64,000 nucleotides of DNA, taken from Octopus vulgaris. Lineage: Eukaryota. Location: positions 102,300,001 through 102,364,000 of the forward strand of contig OX597819.1 in the NCBI GenBank assembly GCA_951406725.2. The letters run 5' to 3'. Shown piece by piece: positions 58,566-64,000 of this stretch. The notes below the pieces were generated by a model, which saw only the letters and a program-made list of their open reading frames with translations, did not search any database and was not told where the DNA came from. The position numbers and the translations under genes are program-made. Within the stretch, counting starts at the first letter, position 1, and each line of letters opens with the position of its first letter.

Positions 58566-58614
58566 GGCTCTGATGATAGAATATCCTTTATATCTCTGAA
58601 ACAGCTGTAAGACT
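58566..58614 (+). ncRNA. Minimal type I hammerhead ribozyme motif (canonical core) in a pLTR-like repeat
   Basis: ggct-CTGATGA-t-agaatat-ccttt-atatctct-GAAAC-AGCT-GTA-agac: intact core, stem II, palindromic stem III (ACAGCTGT), GUA site, and stem I with one mismatch. Activity is untested. Confidence 0.6.
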
Positions 58615-58644
58615 ACCTTTGTTGTTTCATTTTATTTAACATAG

Positions 58645-58716
<72 letters not shown>

Positions 58717-58717
<1 letters not shown>

Positions 58718-58920
58718 CATCATCATCATGGATTGGCTTCGCGAACGAAGATTAGTAAGGTTGTCCACGTCGCCTGCATGCACGCTCATGTCTGACAAGT
58801 CCGATACGGGAAAGGCAGGTCCATGAGCAGTGTCCACAGGCGAAGGTAACATCCGGTGTGGTGTCAGAGGCGGTTCGCGCCTTCCTCCTGCGTCTGTTGT
58901 CTTTAAGCGCGTCTCTTCTG
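58717..58920 (-). mobile_element. RTE/BovB-like LINE 3' end
   Basis: 58919-58752 encodes RRDALKDNRRRRKARTASDTTPDVTFACGHCSWTCLSRIGLVRHERACRRRGQPY* (C..C...SRIGL..H...C terminal finger), then a short UTR and (ATG)n tail. Confidence 0.85.
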
Positions 58921-58950
58921 TGTATATATGTATATATACATACATATATA

Positions 58951-59149
58951 TGACCGCGTGTGTACCGTTGACGATTTTTTTTCCTCCGTCTTCCCTTCTT
59001 TGGATCTTTCCTTTTCCTATGTTTCTAACGAAGAGCTCCGCTCGAAACGTTAAACCCTACTTTTTTCTTCTTTCCTGCTGGTCCAATAATACTATACTTG
59101 TTCCACGTCCTCGTGTTGTTGTTTTCTCTTTGTGTTTTCATGTTTAGAT

Positions 59150-59154
<5 letters not shown>
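58951..59154 (+). mobile_element. ~205-bp pLTR-like unit (type 2) with hammerhead-like motif
   Basis: gtttCTAACGAagagctccgctcGAAACGTTaaac at 59021-59055; TA-rich repeats on both sides. Confidence 0.8.
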
Positions 59155-59211
<57 letters not shown>

Positions 59212-59630
59212 GATACCCAACTAACTTCAGTACCGGTTTCGTTTCTTCCAGAAGTTGAGTAGCATTTGCACGGACTCTGACAGCAGCTTTATCTGTTTTA
59301 CTCTCTGTCATATCCATTTGATAGAGTACTCTCGATATCAAAAAGTACTCTCTGTTATATCGATTTTAATATCGATTTCGGGACCATCTGTTTCGGTTAT
59401 TGTCGTCATACACACCAAAATCTCTGACGTTAATCTATTTTCGTAGAGACTCTTGCGAAACAAGAGAATGGGGTTGTTTGTGCGTTTTCTGTTTTCTAAA
59501 TTAGATAAGCCAATTTTTTTTTTTCCAATGCATTTATTCTTTTCTGTTTTACTTTACATTCAGTCGCAGCGCAGCGACAATATACCATGCGTACATACTC
59601 CCACATGCACACACATTTACATAGATACAG

Positions 59631-59715
<85 letters not shown>

Positions 59716-59741
59716 TACATATATATATATATACATACATA

Positions 59742-59776
<35 letters not shown>

Positions 59777-59849
59777 GTATGTATATATATATATATATAT
59801 ATATATTCATATATTTATATATATACATACATATATATATATATATATT

Positions 59850-59893
<44 letters not shown>

Positions 59894-60217
59894 TATACAT
59901 TCATACACACATATGTATTTACATATATACACATATACACACATTTATGAAAACAGGCTTACAGACATTCTCCGTAAACCAAATTTCAAAAGGGTATTAT
60001 TAGTGAATTCATGGGTAGAGTACAACACATTTATCAAAGGTGATGAGTAGTCGATTTGAACCATGACCGCCAGGTGACTAAGGGCACTTTCTGAAAGCAC
60101 AGCTTCACCTGGGCCTATTTCTGGCACAAGTGTGTGTGTGTGTGTTTGTATATACGTGTGCATGTGCGTACATATGTGTGATTGTAGCGCTGGTTCAAAT
60201 GCGTACATCAAGTCTAC

Positions 60218-60257
<40 letters not shown>

Positions 60258-60349
60258 GTATCAGTCAGTCAGTCTGCTTGTCTGCCTGTATGTATGTCTG
60301 TTCGTCAATCCATTTATCTATCCCTATATCTTTCTGTCTGTCTACCTAC

Positions 60350-60427
<78 letters not shown>

Positions 60428-60449
60428 ATCTATCTATCTATCTATCTAT

Positions 60450-60496
<47 letters not shown>

Positions 60497-60624
60497 GTCT
60501 GTCTGTCTGTCTATCTATCTATATGTCTGTCTGTCTGTCTATCTACCTGTCTGTCTGTCTGACTGACTGTCTGTCTGTCTGCCTGACTGTCTGTCTGTCT
60601 ACCTATCTATTTATCTATAGGTAT

Positions 60625-60665
<41 letters not shown>

Positions 60666-61334
60666 TATAATACAGTCACGTATTTATGCCTGTATACGCA
60701 TATACATATACACATATATGCATGCATACGCACAACATGCGCATTTTGTGTGTGAACGCACGCAGCGTGTGTGTGTGTATATATGAATGTATATTTATGT
60801 GTACGAGTGTGTACGTTTGTGAGTACGTGTGCATGCGTATATCTGCGTGTGTATTTTAAGCATACAATTCACAGAACCAATCCAACTAGAGATCAACCAA
60901 TAAACCGCCATGAAATATAACCAGTCCTCCCACGTTCGAGAATATTTCTAGCAACAATATAATATCTTTCCACTTCACTTTTAATATTCATAAACATAAA
61001 TATTTGGGGCAGCTACGTTTTATAGTCTCCTCCCTTTCATAATTATCATACTCCTTCTTCCACCTCCTTCTGCTGCTTATGATGCTGTCGCTGCTGCTGC
61101 TGTTGTTGGTGCTGGTGCTGTTTCGCAGTCCGCTGTTACTTTGGAGTTTTTCACATTTTTCTGCTGTTCTCTCTGTTTTACTCTCTCTCTCTCTCTCTCG
61201 CTCTTGCTCTCTGTCTCTTCTTATGTTTGTCTGTCGGTCTCTGTTTCTCCACCAGCTCTCTCTCTGCCGTCCTCTCTTTCTTTCTTTCTGTCTCTCTGTC
61301 TCTCTCTGTATCTCTCTCTCTTTCTCTCCCTTCT

Positions 61335-61822
61335 CGCTCTCGTATTTTCCCAGACTACTTATATCTGTAATACTGATAAGGTATATTCAATATCTATTCT
61401 TTCTACCTCTCTCTCCTTCCTCTCTTCCCATGATTGTGTGTGTCTATATACCTATGTACTCCCCCCTCTCTCTCTCTCCATCACTCTCTCTCCTACTCTC
61501 TATCCCTCTCTCGCTGTGTACATCATTTCCTTTCTCTCACCCCCTCTCTCTCGTACTTTGCCAGTCAAGTTACATCTCTAATATTGATAAATTTTCAATA
61601 TCTACTTTCTCTCTACCCACTATCTCTCTCCCATGATTATCGCTTGTGCTTCTCCCCCCATTACCCCTCCGCCTCCCATATCTCTCCCCCTCTCCCTCTC
61701 CCTCTCTCTCTCCCTCCCTCTCTAACTGTCTTTGTTTTTTATTTTCTGTGCACCACCACCGTCTCGTAGTTCCCAACCCACTCCTATCTCTAATATTGGT
61801 AAGGAATTTTCAATATCTATCC

Positions 61823-61825
<3 letters not shown>
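61335..61825. repeat. Degenerate ~211-bp tandem repeat in a CT-rich region
   Basis: tct.taata.tg.taa...ttcaatatcta recurs at 61368, 61579 and 61791. Confidence 0.7.
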
Positions 61826-61887
<62 letters not shown>

Positions 61888-62018
61888 CAACCCGCTCATT
61901 CACTATTTTTTATATCTATGTATATATATATATATATATATCTAATTTTGCGCCGTAGGATTAGAACCCGAGACCACAAAAGTGCGAAGCGAATAACCTG
62001 ATTAAAAAAAGCAAACGC

Positions 62019-62019
<1 letters not shown>

Positions 62020-62049
<30 letters not shown>

Positions 62050-62368
62050 GGTATGCATGTATGTATATATGCATGTATGTATGTATGTATGTATGCATGT
62101 ATGTATGTATGTATGTATGTATGCATGTATATATGTATGTATGCATGTATGCATGTATGTATGTATGTATATATGTATGTATGTATGTATGCATGTATGT
62201 ATTATGTATGTATGTATGCATGTATGTATGTATGTGTATGAATGTATGCATGTATGTATGCATGTATGTATGTCTGTATGCATGCATGTATGTATGTATG
62301 CATGTATGTACGTATGTATGCATGTATGTATGCATGTATGTATGTATGTATGCATGCATGCATGTATG

Positions 62369-62399
<31 letters not shown>

Positions 62400-62400
62400 G
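62020..62400. repeat. (TATG)n/(CATG)n microsatellite
   Basis: Directly visible. Confidence 0.95.
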
Positions 62401-62509
62401 CATACATATATGTACATATGTACGTATGTATGTATTTGTGTATCTGCACATATGCGCATATATATATGTGTGTGTGTGTACAGTGATATATACATATGTA
62501 TATATGTTA

Positions 62510-62610
62510 TATTTTTTACCCTCTTCAGTCAGTTGACTGCGGCCATGCTGGAGCACCGCCTTTAGTCGAATAAATCGACCCCAGGACTTATTCTTTGTAA
62601 ACCTAGTACA
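62510..62610 (-). mobile_element. SINE family A tail
   Basis: gactgcggccatgctggagcaccgcctttagtcgaataaatcgaccccaggacttattctttgtaa. Confidence 0.85.
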
Positions 62611-63100
62611 CACACAGACACACACACACACACACACGTACAGATATATACGTACATACAGACATACACGAACACGGACTCATACATCTATACTCAATGA
62701 AGTACTACAATACTAGTTCTCTGTAGCTCACTCTCTCTCTCTCTTTCTACATTGTATTTCTACCTTCACCTCTCTATCTCTCTATCTCTCTCTCTCCTTT
62801 CTCTCTCTCTCTCCTCTCTCTCTCTCTCCTTTCTCTCTCTCTCTCCTTTCTCTCTCTCTCTCCCTCTCGCTCTCTCTTGGTCTCTTATCGATTTCTATTC
62901 GTCATTCACTGTCCATGTATCTGTCAATCTACTTCACATTCCATCCTTCTCTTCATTTTTGTAAACACACAATATCTCACTGAAAGACAATCCCCACCCC
63001 CACCTCCACATACAGAGAGAGAGAGAGTGAGAGAGAGAGAGGCATAAACACATACATTCACAGACACTCACATACGAACGCTCACATAAGTATACGCATA

Positions 63101-63144
<44 letters not shown>

Positions 63145-63165
63145 CCTGTAAGCACGCACTCATGG

Positions 63166-63211
<46 letters not shown>

Positions 63212-63280
63212 TGCGTGCTTAAATTATATGCATATATATATACATATATATATACGTACCTACCTATGCGTACATGTAGC

Positions 63281-63332
<52 letters not shown>

Positions 63333-63579
63333 TAATAAATAAAACATATGCATATATACATACATATATGTACGTACCTAACTCTACATGTATATATACA
63401 TGCATATATGGGTACAGGACTCCAAAAAACGTCGAACACAATGAGAAACGAAAACATAAACACAAAACCAAGGAAATGGACATTTCTTTTAAACAACGAA
63501 AAAAAAAAAGAGTACAGGACACACAAAACAAGGAAAATTCCCCTTCTTCAGTCGCCTTAGTTTCATCTACTCCACCTTA

Positions 63580-63801
63580 CCCACAAGGGGCTAAACACAG
63601 AGGGGACAAACAAGGACAGACAAACAGATTAAGTTTGATTTTACATCGACTCCAGTGCGTAACTGGTACTTCATTTATCGACCCCGAAAAGATGAAAGGC
63701 AAAGGTGACCTCGGCGGAATTTGAACTAAGAACGTAACAGCAGACGAAATACGGCTACGCATTTCGCCCGGCGTGCTAACGTTTCTGCCAGCTCGCCGCC
63801 C
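63580..63801 (-). mobile_element. SINE family B monomer
   Basis: Minus gggcggcgagctggcagaaacgttagcacgccgggcgaaatgcgtagccgtatttcg. Confidence 0.9.
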
Positions 63802-63830
63802 TATATATATATATGTGTGTGTGTGTGTGC

Positions 63831-63878
<48 letters not shown>

Positions 63879-64000
63879 CTATTCGGACTGGGTATATGTA
63901 TATTGAAGAATATTTTGGGTATATGTCTATGAAAACACACTGACCGTTTGGGCTTCCTGATGTCATCCACAGTTACGATATAATTTTCACAGGATCAAAG

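Noticed and set aside
60040-60094. TGATGA...CTGA as a C/D box snoRNA
   Set aside because: Too short, no terminal stem and no recognisable guide; it overlaps a probable decayed SINE fragment.
60870-60925. Two CCAAT boxes and a TATA-like motif as a promoter
   Set aside because: Short motifs are common by chance in AT-rich DNA, and no downstream exon can be supported.

Overview
AT-rich eukaryotic non-coding DNA saturated with microsatellites. The repeat families resemble those of octopus/cephalopod genomes; this is inferred from recall, not a database result. No intact host gene is visible, and nearly all ORF-track entries are translated simple repeats. The window holds many copies of three tRNA-like SINE families, four decayed Penelope-like (PLE) GIY-YIG fragments and several PLE terminal-repeat (pLTR)-like pieces. 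It also holds fragments of RTE-like, R4/Dong-like, HERO-like and CR1/Jockey-like LINEs, one structurally complete non-autonomous Helitron and some MITE ends. Three signals stand out. First, about a dozen minimal hammerhead-ribozyme-like motifs in short (TA)n-flanked units, with family-fixed core variants and stem I covariation. Second, seven long inverted-repeat (foldback) structures. Third, SINE multimers that share an identical tail-to-head junction at two independent loci. Repeat boundaries were read by eye and are approximate.
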